From Candidatus Undinarchaeota archaeon (GTDB lineage Archaea > SpSt-1190 > JASMDC01): a stretch of DNA of 64,000 nucleotides. The number at the start of each line of letters is the position of its first letter. Position 1 is the stretch's first letter. The notes beneath the pieces are model-generated. The model was not told the DNA's origin and made no database searches. It was given only the letters and a program-made list of their open reading frames with translations. The position numbers and the translations under genes are program-made. Shown here one piece after another: positions 8,292-18,800 of this stretch. The stretch is from positions 32,001 to 96,000 of the forward strand of contig CAZFHY010000006.1 of assembly GCA_964519305.1 (NCBI GenBank). Direction: 5' to 3'.

Positions 8292-11200
8292 CTAGGGATG
8301 GAAACTGTGCAGCCCTTTGTCCTCTCCGCCCTCCTTCTTCTTCGGCTGCTCCCCGGTCACACCCTCGGGCTGCTGCGGTGGTTGGGGGTGCTGCGGCACC
8401 TGCGGCCGTCCCATGGCCCCTGGATGGAGACCGTGCGCTGCCTGCTGGGCCCCTTGGCCGCTCGTCGGCTGCTGCCCGGGCGTACCCCACCCGTGCTGCT
8501 GCTGATGCTGGCTTTGCATCTGCGGTGAATGGACCGTCTGTGCACCGTAGTACGCCCGCTGGCCGTAGTACTGGCCCCCGCCGTAGTACTGCTGTTGCGG
8601 GCCATAGTAACGCTGCTGCCCCTGTGCCTGCTGGGACCCGTCCAGGGCCGCACCACCGACCGCCTTGTCCACAGCTGCTCCGGGGAACAGCGCCCGCTTG
8701 AAGGCGAGGAGCAGGGCGCCGATGACCACGATCACCTCGATGAAGTCCTTGATGTTGGCGAGCTCACCGATCCGCTCGATAACGGCCACTGCTCCGATCT
8801 CGACGGTGACCTTGTGCTCGGTGGTGGCGTTGGGCATACCAAGGGGCCGTATCCTGATGGTGAGCTCATGCTCACCGGGCACGATCCCCTGGACGTCGAC
8901 CGAGAGCGGCAGGGTGGCGTCCTCCTCGATGACCACCTTGTGCCTGGCATTCCATGATAGCCCCATGGCGTTGCTGTCCGCCTCCAGAGCGATATCGAAC
9001 GCTTCTCGTAGCGACCCTGTGTTCTTCAGCGTGAAGGCAAGCAGACGCGTCTCCTTTTCTATCATCTCGATCGAGCCCGGACCCTCGATATCGGCCGAGC
9101 ATACACAGTCCGGCGAGGTGCGGCAGTCCTCGCCGACACCCGGCTCGCAAGCACCATCGACGCACTGATCGGGACCGCAGTCCAAGGCACACGTCACGCA
9201 CTCGGTGGCGTTCTCGCACGTACCGTCACCGCACCCGCCACGGCAGGAATGGCTCTCCGCGTCGCACGTCATTGTGCTCGGGCAGCCACAGTCCTCGCAG
9301 CACGAGCTCGAGCCCTCGTCGGGGCTGTCGCAGTGAGCGTCGCCGCAGGTGATCCGGTTGCACCCTATCTCGTTGGAACCGGCACGGGACGTGTCGCAGA
9401 TGAAACCGAGCATGCACAGGCAGTCCTTGGGAGCGAGGATGCAGTCCTCTCCCAGGGCCGTGTCGCACACGCCGTTCCCGCGACAGTCCAGGATCGAGCA
9501 GTCGGCCGGGCACTGACCGCACTCGTTCTGGCACTTACCATCACCGCACTCGGCGGTGGCGCACCGGCCGGAGGCGTCGCATGTGAAACCCTTCTCGCAC
9601 ATACCCTCGCATAAGCATGAGTCGCCACCGGCACCACGGACCAAGCACCACCCCGCACCGTCGCACACGCCCAGCTCGCACACGCTACCGCACGGCCGTT
9701 CCTCGGGGACGCACTGGCCGCCGATGCACAGGTCCTCAGTGCAGGGGTTCCCGTCATCACATCCACAGTCCTCGGGACAGGTGTTACAGTCCTCGGTGGC
9801 CTCGCACACGCTGTTGGGGCACTCGGCGGTGCAGGCGTTGTGCGGGTCGGAGGGACATGGGTCCTCGTCGTCCGGGATACCGTCCAGATCGCGGTCCGAC
9901 AGGCACGCGTCGTCGGCACAGATGAACGTGACCTCGAAAGCGGCCCTGCAGGCCGTGTCGGGCTCGGTCATGTTGCCGCATCGTGCGCACCCTGCCGATG
10001 GTTCGCACACGAGCCCTTCCTCAGTGCAAGTCCTCTCCAGACCGGGGGTGCACACGCCTTCCACGCAAGAGAACGTTATGTGGGCGTTCTGGTGGCAGAG
10101 ACCGGCGCAGTCGTCATCCACGGCGCATGACTTGCAGGCGTTCTTGGGATCGCGCGGGCACGGGTCCGTGTCGTCGCCGAACCCGTCGCCGTCGAAGTCA
10201 GGAGCACATCCTCGGGGCCTGTCCGAGGACGGATCGCACGTCTCGCCCTCATGACACCCGCAATCCTCCTGGCAACGACCACAGTTCTCGTTGGGATCAC
10301 ACACACCGTTCCCGCACAATCGCTGGCACGTGCCGTCGCGACAGCCGAATGCAGAGCCGTAGGTGAGGGATGCTGTGCAGTTGATGTCTGCGATGCATCC
10401 AACGCATCCTTCACGGGAACAGACGGTACCCGATTCCGTGCAGTTGGTCGATGGTCGCTCCTTGCACACGTAGTTGTCGCATCCCTGCCCGCTGAACACG
10501 TTATGCTCGCAGGAGTAGCGGCAGTTATCGTTACGGAAGCATGAGGCTACCTTGCAGAAGAGCCCTTCGATGTCACAGGCGTAGTTGGGTCCGTACTGCG
10601 ACTGGCACTGCTCGTTGGATATACAGGAGAGGCAACCGGATGGGAGCTGACATACCTGGTTGATGCCGGTGGCGGAGCAGTCGTGGATGTTCTCGACCTG
10701 GATCTCGCACCGCATGTCGCCACAGGAATAGTCGAGGAAGGAGTAGCGCTGGCAGGTGTCCTCGCAATGGTCGTCCTCGAGGCAGGACACGCACCCACGC
10801 TCGCTGTTGCATTGGAGGTCCAGATCGCTGCAGGACGACTCGGTCACGTTGCAGACGCCAGCGGTGCAGGTGCTGTTGAGGTATGTGCGTCCGTCCGCCC
10901 CTCCGCATGTATCGGCGCACCCTGGCGCTGTGGCGCTGCACTCGCCCACCTCGGAGCACGCACCGGGCGCGTTCCCGGAGCAGCAGGGCTGGGCCAGGGA
11001 CGAACAAGCCAGCTGAGCTGTCTCCTGGGCGCACCGCACCTCGCCCGCGCATCCCGCGCTGCCGCACACCTTCCCGGGCTCGAAGCCCGGTGGTGGGGCC
11101 ACGCACTGGCCGCTGCAGCAGAAACCGCTCCCAGATGCGGTGACGCAGGGGGCGTGGTCGGGTTCGCACGAGGCCTTGCACAGCCAGTCCTTGTTGGGAT

Positions 11201-14200
11201 CGTCCACGCACATGGGCGCCGCCTCCCCGCAGTTGTCGACCTGTCCGCCGGGACAGGTGACGGCCTGGCTGCACGTTCCTGAACCGGGATCGCACACCAG
11301 CTCCCCGCCGCACTCACAGTCCTTCGTGCACGGATCGCCAGCGCCCTTTGTCTGGATCGGGACGCAAGCGCCTGTCACACAGCACTGGGAGGCACAGTGC
11401 GTCTCGGACGAGCAGCCGGTCATGCACGTACCCACGGTACCGTCGCACACATAATCACCGCACTCCTGCGCCGTCGTCCCATCGAACGCGCCGAGGAGTG
11501 TACAGACGGAGGTCATGGTCCGCTCCTCGTTGCACACGTCACGGCCGACAGTATCGCACTGCCACGCGTTGCTCTGACATGCGACGAGGCCCTCGGGGCA
11601 CGGGCCGGTCCCGCACGCCCCCCGGGGCGTCCACAGGAGGTCGGGCATGACCTCGCAGCCTGTCCCGCAGCAGTAACCGGTCGTGACGCCGTGCTCACAG
11701 GCGGCCGCGCCGAAAGCTGCGCACGATGCGCAGCGGTCGAGGCCGCCGGTACCGTCCGTATCGAGGCAGGGGAAGATGTCCTGACAATGGAGGCTCGATG
11801 TGCAGGCCTCCCGGCACTGGCCGGCGGACGGATCACATCGGTAGGGCGAGCAGTCACCTCTGCTCTCGAAGGTCCCTGTGGTCGAGCACTGGCCCTTTCG
11901 GGCGAGATCATCGGAGCACACAGGATCGCCCAGGGAGTCGCAGGCCCAGTCGCCGTCCCTACAGGTCACCGCTCCGGTGCAGTTGCCCTCACCGCACGCG
12001 TTACTGGGGGTCCATGGGGCCAGAGGCATGCCCTGACAGGTGTCACCACAGCAGAAGCCCGTGGCGCCGTCCAGGTCGCATACCGACGCCTCGTGCTCGG
12101 CGCAACCCCCGCAGGTGTCGGGTGCCCGGTCGCCGTCCACGTCTATGCAGGCAGCGGGCGCGAGGCAGTGCTCGTTGGACACGCACCCGGTGAAGCAGCT
12201 ACCGGAAGCATCGTCGCACTGGTAGGGAGCGCACAGCTTTGCCTGTGCGGCGTTGAACACTCCCGTCAGAGTGCATGTGGACGATTTGTCCTGTGAGCAT
12301 GCTGCTTGTCCCGCGGAACTGCACTGCCAGGTACCCGTCCCGCACGTCACCGAACCCTCGCATGGCACCTCCCCGCAGGCCGCGCCCGGTGTCCAGTCGA
12401 AGATGAGCATGCCTGCGCACTCTCCGCCACAGCAGTACCCTGCCTGGATACCTTCCTGACACTGCTTGGTAGCGTGCTTGGAGCATGTGGAGCAGGTGTC
12501 CAGCCCGCCAGCACCGTCCGTGTCGATGCACGACAGACCCCCCTGACAGTCGGTGTCCGATGCGCACGCGGCCCCTTCTCCCGCAAGGTCCGTGCAGGTG
12601 CCGGTGTTGGCATCGCAGAACCCGGCCGCGCACTCGCAGTCGAGGTCGCATTCCGCATCGTTGGGGAGCTTGGTGACGTAGCACAGGTCGTTGCAGCAGG
12701 CACCCTCGCCGTCGTCCGTGTAGCACAACCGGCCCGTCTCCATCCCCGCACAGGAGCTGCAAGCGTCAACTAGATTGTCGCCGTCGCTGTCCCTGCACAC
12801 GTCGGTACATAGAGATCCGACGCAGCACACACCGCTCTGGCCCGCGTTGTCGGTGGCCGGTTTGCCGTTATCATCACCGGGATGGCATGTACCGCACTGG
12901 CCGCCGGCACCCGTCTTGTCGATGCACAGACCGCTGGCGCACTGACCGCCGTCGGTACAGGTCTGGCCGTCGCGGAGGAGACAGGCGTCCACTATGCACT
13001 CATAGCCGGCCTGACAGGGGCAGTCAAGGAGACAGGCACCGCAGTCCTCGCCGGTCTCGCATTTCCCGTTGCCGCAGCAGACGAGGGCCGCCTCTCCGGT
13101 CTCGTCGCAATCCGGGTCCGTTCCGAAACACTCGGCCGACAGGCAGACGGCGTCGCAGACCGCGGGGCACGCGGTGCACTGGGGAGGAGCCGTGGCGCAG
13201 AACTCGCCCCCGCTACAAGTGACGCACGTACCGCCAACACAGGAACAGGACCCGGCGTCACCGTCACACTCGCTGGAGTCGTCCACGGTGCACGCTCCAC
13301 CGCTGCAGTCGCTGCATCCGGGGCAGGCGGTGTAGTCACAGGTGGCCGAGCAGGTCCCCTCCGTCGCGGAGCAGATAGCACCGCCGTCCACATCGAGACC
13401 GTCGCACTGAGCGGACACCGTGGCGCCGTTCTGACCGTTGCACGACAAGTGACATACTGTGTCACCTTCAGCCGTCCCGTCCCCCTCACAACAGTCCTGG
13501 GGGCAGCTGGTGTGGTCCTCACCTACACCCTCGTCACAGGACCCGTCGCCGCACATGGCGCCCTGTAGGTAGGTGATGGAGACATCGTACAGCTCTGGGG
13601 AGCTGGTATGCGGTGTTGACAGATCGAACTGGTACTGGAAGTACCGGTTGTCGGCAACGTCCGGGTTCTGTGGTGATGTGACGTCGATGGTCGTGAACGC
13701 CTCGCCCGTGCACGACGGATCGTCGCAGCTCCGCACCTTTGGAGTGAACAGTAGGAAGCCCCGCTCGTAGTGGTCCTGGATCTCGGTGGCGGTGAGCGCT
13801 CTGTTGTAGATGGCCACCTCGTCGAAGGTGTTGGTGTCGTGCCTGCCCACAAGTAGATCGTACGAGTTGGTGACGATGGTATCGGAGAGCGCCTTCGATT
13901 TCTGCACCTGGCCATTGACGTAGATGTTCTGCTGGGATTCTGCGGGACCGGTCCGGTCGTAGGTGAGCGCTACGTGGTACCATCCGGATGACAGTGTGGC
14001 CGATATCTTCTGCCGGTTGACCCTGCCGACTACCGAATCGGAGTCGATGGTGAGCGCGTAGGCTCCGGGCTTGACGATACCCCGGTCCGGTCGCAACCAA
14101 ACGGTATTCAGGAACCCGTCGTCATTGGGCCCGCGGTAGGCGATGGCGAACACGGTGTCGGTGACCGGGACGATGGCCGGCCTTCGTGCGTAAGTGCCCT

Positions 14201-15737
14201 CGAACTGATTGGTATTGATGACGGAGAGCCCGCTCGTACCGTCCTCGCCGATGGACACCATCTTCACTACCCCTCTTGTGTTGTGATTGGAGTAGACGAG
14301 AGCGAACCGGTCGTGGGCGATGTGGACTATGTCGGGTTCGTACCCTTTCTGGGGACTGGTGGCGAACTGCAGGAGGCCGAGCTCCTTGTCCTCGATCTGG
14401 CCGTTGTCGGCGATGGACACGGTCCTGATCTCCCCGATATCGCTGACGCCCCGATGGACTATGGCGAACACATCCCCAGCCACGTGCACGATCTCCGGCT
14501 CGTAGACCTTCTGGCAGGCACCCTCTCGGTCGGTGTTGATCGACAGAGTGTCTATGACCGCACCGATGGTCCCTTTATTATCGATGGACACGGTCTTGAG
14601 GAATCCGCAGTCGTTGTCCCCCCGGTAGACGATGGCGAACACGGTACCGTCCACGTGGATGATGCGCGGCTCATATCCCTTTGTTCCGTCGAACTCCAGG
14701 GAGGAGTCGGTCTGGTCCACTCCTACCCCGTTCGCCGGGATGGTCACGGTCTCTACCATCCCTGCATCGTTGTCCGTCCGGTAGACCACGGCGTACATAG
14801 TACCTGCGACATGGACGATGTCCGGGTCCAATCCCGTACCGTCGAACTTAAGGTCACTGAGGAACTTAGAGCCGAAAGCTCCCGCGGCGCTGATGGAAAC
14901 GGTCTTGATCTTCCCGTCCTGGTTGTCGAACTTGCTGAATGCGACGGCATAGATGTCGCCCGCGACATGGATGAGGTCCGGTTGGTCGCCGTGCCCGTCG
15001 AACTCCTTGGTAGCGAGTGTCCTGGTGCCGATCTGCCCGTCATCTGCGATGGTCACTGTACTAATGTACCCCTTGTCGGAGTTGGCGCCGCGGTAGGCGA
15101 CGGCGTATGTTGTCCCGCTCACGTGGATGATGCTCGCGCTCGAGGCGGCACCAGTGTCGAACTCGAGGGAATCCACGTTATTATCAGGATGCTCCCACTC
15201 CGCCCCGAGCTTCACAAATGCTTCGATCGTGATGGCATCGGCGATGTCCAGGCTCGCAGCGTCCGCGATGGTGACAACATCGTCCTCCCCGCCGAACTGG
15301 AGGCCCGTCCCGAACCGTCCCTCGGCCCCGTACGTGGGATCCCCTGACGCGGTACCGTGGTTCCCCTGGCCCGAGGCGTCCTGGGGCGCTCCGCCCGTTT
15401 CGTCAAGGTGTAAGAGGAGCACGTTGTCCGTCATGTCCGCTCCGCCCCTCACGGTCTCGATCCCCCTGTTGTCCGGGAAGGGCTTACCGTAGGGCGCTCC
15501 CCGGGTCCACGTGATGGACTGCCACTGGGAGGTCGTCAGGGCGTCGAACACCTTGGATGTGTAGGTGCCGGCGGTCTGACCGGATGCGAGCTTCACATGG
15601 TCGGTGCTCCACTGGGTGCTGGAATAGGTCCCCTCGTCGAACGTCGTTTTGTCATCCGTCTCCCAGATGTCGGCCGCGACGAGGGCAATGAGCAATAAGA
15701 GGACGACCACAGGCCGGACAAACCTCCCACTACTCAT
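8292..15737 (-). CDS. Giant type I membrane adhesin: LamG domain with inserted 7-blade beta-propeller, Cys-rich stalk with DxDxDG/TSP3 motifs, Ig-like domain, TM helix, Q/Y/G-rich tail
   Basis: Signal peptide MSSGRFVRPVVVLLLLIALVAA with TATA ~26 nt upstream. LamG motifs 'GWYHVALTYD' and 'FDEVAIYNRALTATEI'. 'DRDLDGIPDDEDPCP' TSP3-like motif. TM 'FIEVIVVIGALLLAF'. Confidence 0.9.
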   Translation of the reverse strand: MSSGRFVRPVVVLLLLIALVAADIWETDDKTTFDEGTYSSTQWSTDHVKLASGQTAGTYTSKVFDALTTSQWQSITWTRGAPYGKPFPDNRGIETVRGGADMTDNVLLLHLDETGGAPQDASGQGNHGTASGDPTYGAEGRFGTGLQFGGEDDVVTIADAASLDIADAITIEAFVKLGAEWEHPDNNVDSLEFDTGAASSASIIHVSGTTYAVAYRGANSDKGYISTVTIADDGQIGTRTLATKEFDGHGDQPDLIHVAGDIYAVAFSKFDNQDGKIKTVSISAAGAFGSKFLSDLKFDGTGLDPDIVHVAGTMYAVVYRTDNDAGMVETVTIPANGVGVDQTDSSLEFDGTKGYEPRIIHVDGTVFAIVYRGDNDCGFLKTVSIDNKGTIGAVIDTLSINTDREGACQKVYEPEIVHVAGDVFAIVHRGVSDIGEIRTVSIADNGQIEDKELGLLQFATSPQKGYEPDIVHIAHDRFALVYSNHNTRGVVKMVSIGEDGTSGLSVINTNQFEGTYARRPAIVPVTDTVFAIAYRGPNDDGFLNTVWLRPDRGIVKPGAYALTIDSDSVVGRVNRQKISATLSSGWYHVALTYDRTGPAESQQNIYVNGQVQKSKALSDTIVTNSYDLLVGRHDTNTFDEVAIYNRALTATEIQDHYERGFLLFTPKVRSCDDPSCTGEAFTTIDVTSPQNPDVADNRYFQYQFDLSTPHTSSPELYDVSITYLQGAMCGDGSCDEGVGEDHTSCPQDCCEGDGTAEGDTVCHLSCNGQNGATVSAQCDGLDVDGGAICSATEGTCSATCDYTACPGCSDCSGGACTVDDSSECDGDAGSCSCVGGTCVTCSGGEFCATAPPQCTACPAVCDAVCLSAECFGTDPDCDETGEAALVCCGNGKCETGEDCGACLLDCPCQAGYECIVDACLLRDGQTCTDGGQCASGLCIDKTGAGGQCGTCHPGDDNGKPATDNAGQSGVCCVGSLCTDVCRDSDGDNLVDACSSCAGMETGRLCYTDDGEGACCNDLCYVTKLPNDAECDLDCECAAGFCDANTGTCTDLAGEGAACASDTDCQGGLSCIDTDGAGGLDTCSTCSKHATKQCQEGIQAGYCCGGECAGMLIFDWTPGAACGEVPCEGSVTCGTGTWQCSSAGQAACSQDKSSTCTLTGVFNAAQAKLCAPYQCDDASGSCFTGCVSNEHCLAPAACIDVDGDRAPDTCGGCAEHEASVCDLDGATGFCCGDTCQGMPLAPWTPSNACGEGNCTGAVTCRDGDWACDSLGDPVCSDDLARKGQCSTTGTFESRGDCSPYRCDPSAGQCREACTSSLHCQDIFPCLDTDGTGGLDRCASCAAFGAAACEHGVTTGYCCGTGCEVMPDLLWTPRGACGTGPCPEGLVACQSNAWQCDTVGRDVCNEERTMTSVCTLLGAFDGTTAQECGDYVCDGTVGTCMTGCSSETHCASQCCVTGACVPIQTKGAGDPCTKDCECGGELVCDPGSGTCSQAVTCPGGQVDNCGEAAPMCVDDPNKDWLCKASCEPDHAPCVTASGSGFCCSGQCVAPPPGFEPGKVCGSAGCAGEVRCAQETAQLACSSLAQPCCSGNAPGACSEVGECSATAPGCADTCGGADGRTYLNSTCTAGVCNVTESSCSDLDLQCNSERGCVSCLEDDHCEDTCQRYSFLDYSCGDMRCEIQVENIHDCSATGINQVCQLPSGCLSCISNEQCQSQYGPNYACDIEGLFCKVASCFRNDNCRYSCEHNVFSGQGCDNYVCKERPSTNCTESGTVCSREGCVGCIADINCTASLTYGSAFGCRDGTCQRLCGNGVCDPNENCGRCQEDCGCHEGETCDPSSDRPRGCAPDFDGDGFGDDTDPCPRDPKNACKSCAVDDDCAGLCHQNAHITFSCVEGVCTPGLERTCTEEGLVCEPSAGCARCGNMTEPDTACRAAFEVTFICADDACLSDRDLDGIPDDEDPCPSDPHNACTAECPNSVCEATEDCNTCPEDCGCDDGNPCTEDLCIGGQCVPEERPCGSVCELGVCDGAGWCLVRGAGGDSCLCEGMCEKGFTCDASGRCATAECGDGKCQNECGQCPADCSILDCRGNGVCDTALGEDCILAPKDCLCMLGFICDTSRAGSNEIGCNRITCGDAHCDSPDEGSSSCCEDCGCPSTMTCDAESHSCRGGCGDGTCENATECVTCALDCGPDQCVDGACEPGVGEDCRTSPDCVCSADIEGPGSIEMIEKETRLLAFTLKNTGSLREAFDIALEADSNAMGLSWNARHKVVIEEDATLPLSVDVQGIVPGEHELTIRIRPLGMPNATTEHKVTVEIGAVAVIERIGELANIKDFIEVIVVIGALLLAFKRALFPGAAVDKAVGGAALDGSQQAQGQQRYYGPQQQYYGGGQYYGQRAYYGAQTVHSPQMQSQHQQQHGWGTPGQQPTSGQGAQQAAHGLHPGAMGRPQVPQHPQPPQQPEGVTGEQPKKKEGGEDKGLHSFHP

Positions 15738-15816
15738 GGGAATATTTCTAGGTTTGACGATTATTAAAGCTTGGGCCGGCAGTGCCATGCAGATAGTATT
15801 CCTGAGTCCGGACCGT

Positions 15817-15844
15817 TTTACACGTTTTTCACAATCTTTTTACA
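15817..15844 (+). promoter_or_regulatory. Candidate operator: three TTYACA hexamers at 11-bp spacing
   Basis: TTTACA at 15817, TTCACA at 15828, TTTACA at 15839, upstream of the wHTH-bearing gene. Confidence 0.45.
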
Positions 15845-15876
15845 TATTGTCCGGATAGACAGATGGAGGGGGCGAT

Positions 15877-18800
15877 GTGACCATGGTCAGCAGAAATGGG
15901 AGCGACAGGAAGGAAAAGAAAGGGGGGGAAAAGCCCGGGAAAGGCAGGACCGTCCTCGTCGTTGATGACATGAAGGACAACCGCCTCCTGCTCGAGACCG
16001 TGCTGAAGGCCAAGGGCTACACCGTGCACCTCGCCGCGAACGGGGAAGAGGCACTGGAGGGTCTGAGTTCCCATGCCGTGGACCTCATCATCTCCGACAT
16101 CCTGATGCCTGTTATGGACGGGTTCCAGCTGTGCAGGGCGTGCAAGGATGATAAGAAGCTGCAAGGCATCCCGTTCGTGTTCTACAGCGCCACCTATACA
16201 TCCGAGAAGGACCGGGATTTCGCACTGAGCCTGGGCGCCGAGCGCTTCATCCTCAAACCCGCGAAGCCGAAGGTGTTCCTCGCGGCCATCGAGGAGGTTC
16301 TTGCCGAGCATAGGGACGGGACCCTCGTCGCTGGTGAGGGACCGACGAAGGAGGAAGGCGAGATCCTGGTCCTGTACAACCAGAGGCTGATCAACAAGCT
16401 AGAGGACAAGATGTTCGAGCTGGAGGATAGGAACAAGCTCCTCGAGTCGGTCTTTGACCACACGCATATCCTGGTCGCCTACCTGGACCGGGAATTCACC
16501 ATCATTAGGGTCAACCGCGCCTATGCCGATGCTAGTGGACGAGAGCCTGAGTACTACTCCGGGAAGAACCTCTTCGAGGTCCTGTCAGATGGGACCTGCG
16601 AGGACGTGTTCCGGCAGGTCGTAACGACGGGCAAACCCTACTTCCACACATCTCATTCCTTCGCGTTCACAGAGCAGAAGGAAGGGGGGATGAGGTACTG
16701 GGACATGGGCCTCATACCGATCAAGAACGCTGAAGGCAGCATCACCCACGCGCTGCTGACGCTGGTCGAGGCTACCGAACGCAAGAGTGTCAATGAAGAG
16801 CTAATCGTCAGCAAGGAGCGGTACGAGCTCTGCACCCGTGCTGGGAGAGTGGGGGTGTGGGACTGGGACATCGTCAACGGAACGTTCTACCTGGACCCGG
16901 TCATCAAGGACTTCCTGGGCTATACCGACGAGGAGATTCCCAACGAACTCGAGAAGTGGGTGCCCTACGTGCATCCTGACGACAGCGGACCGGTGATGCA
17001 GGCGGCCCAGGACTGCCTTGACGGGAAGACGCCAGAGTACGTGTACGAGCACCGCATGCTCCACAAGGACGGCTCCGTCCGGTGGGTGCAGGTGGACGGC
17101 CGTGTCATCCGTGATGAGAAGGGCGAGCCCGTCCGCATGCTGGGCACCGACACGGACATCACCGAACGTAGGAATGCCGAGGAGGATGTGGAATACCTTT
17201 CACGGTTTCCGGAGGAGAACCCGGATCCCGTGCTACGCATCAGCAACAAGGGCATCATCATCTATTCCAACGAGGCGGGACGCAAGCAGATCCTCGAACC
17301 CATGGGATGCCGTGTGGGTCACCCTCCAAAAAAGCAGTGTGTCGAGCTCATCAGTAAGGCGACCAAGGGCAGTAAGAAGGGTATATTCGAGATAGCGATC
17401 GGGGACCGCTTGTACTCATTCGTGGTTGCCCCTGTGAAGGGTGCAGGGTATACCAATCTCTACGCCCAGGACATAACCGAGCGGAAGAAGACCGAAGAAA
17501 GGCTCCAGGAAGCGTTCACGATCATCAACCGTAGCGCATCGGTAGCGTTCACTTGGCGTAACATGGAAGGCTGGCCTGTCGAGTTCGTTTCTGACAACGT
17601 CACAGCGTTGTTCGGTCATAGCGCCAATGACTTCCTGACGGGCAAGGTCGCGTACGACAAGGTCGTGCATCCGGACGACCTCGCTCGGGTCGCTGAGGAG
17701 ATTGCCACGTACAGTGGAGAGAAGGACCGTACGGAGTTCACACACATACCTTACCGTATCATATCCAAGGACGGCACCGTTCGCTGGGTGGAGGACTGGA
17801 CGTTCATCGTGCGTGACGCTGAAGGGAAAGTCACGCATTTCAAAGGCATTGTCACAGATATCACCCACCGGAAGCGGGCTGAGGGGGAGCTGCGTCGGGA
17901 GAGGGACAACCTCATCAACATGTTCGAATCCATGCGGGATGGTATCTACATAGTAGACAAGTCGCACAAGATCCATTACACGAATCCCGTGCTGGTCAAG
18001 GAGTTCGGCAAGTACGAGGGACGGAAGTGCTACGAGTACTTCCACGACCGCAAGAGATCATGTCCATGGTGCAAGAACAAGGACGTGTTCGCCGGAAAGA
18101 CCGTGCGGTGGGAATGGACCTCTTCCAAGAACAAAAGGACATACGACCTTATCGACACACCTATGAAAGGCCCCGACGGTCAGATATTGAAGCTGGAGAT
18201 ATTCCGTGATATCACCGACCGCAAGCTCGCAGAGGGGGAACTGGAGCGCCATCGTCAGCATCTCGAGGAGATGGTCGCCGCGAGGACAGAGGAGTTATCA
18301 GAGATGGGCGAGCGGTTCCGTCAGCTCTTCGAGAGCTCGCCTGACGCTGTGTTCGTGATCGGGCTCACGTCGAACGGTAAGCCTGGGAAGTTCATTGAGG
18401 TGAACAACGTTGCATGCGAGCGGCTCGGATACACACACGAGGAGATGCTCGCGCTCTCACCCGACGACATCCACGATCGGGACGTGAATTGGGACCTACT
18501 ACCACGGATGGTCAAGCAGATAATCGCGAGTGGACAGGGCGTGGTCCGTGCCGTACATGTCGCCAAGGACGGAAGCCGGATACCTGTGGAGGTCCGCGGG
18601 AGCCGTATCAAGCTGAAGGGTGGATCGGCGATCATCGCTATCGCCCGGGACGTCACCGATCGTGAACGGGCCGAGGCCGTGCTCCGCGAGTCCGCTGAGG
18701 AGTGGAAGGCCACGTTCGATGCCGTTGATGAGATGGTGTTCCTCCAAGACCGCGATATGAAGATAATCCGGGTGAACCGTGCTTTCGCCAAGGGGCTCGG

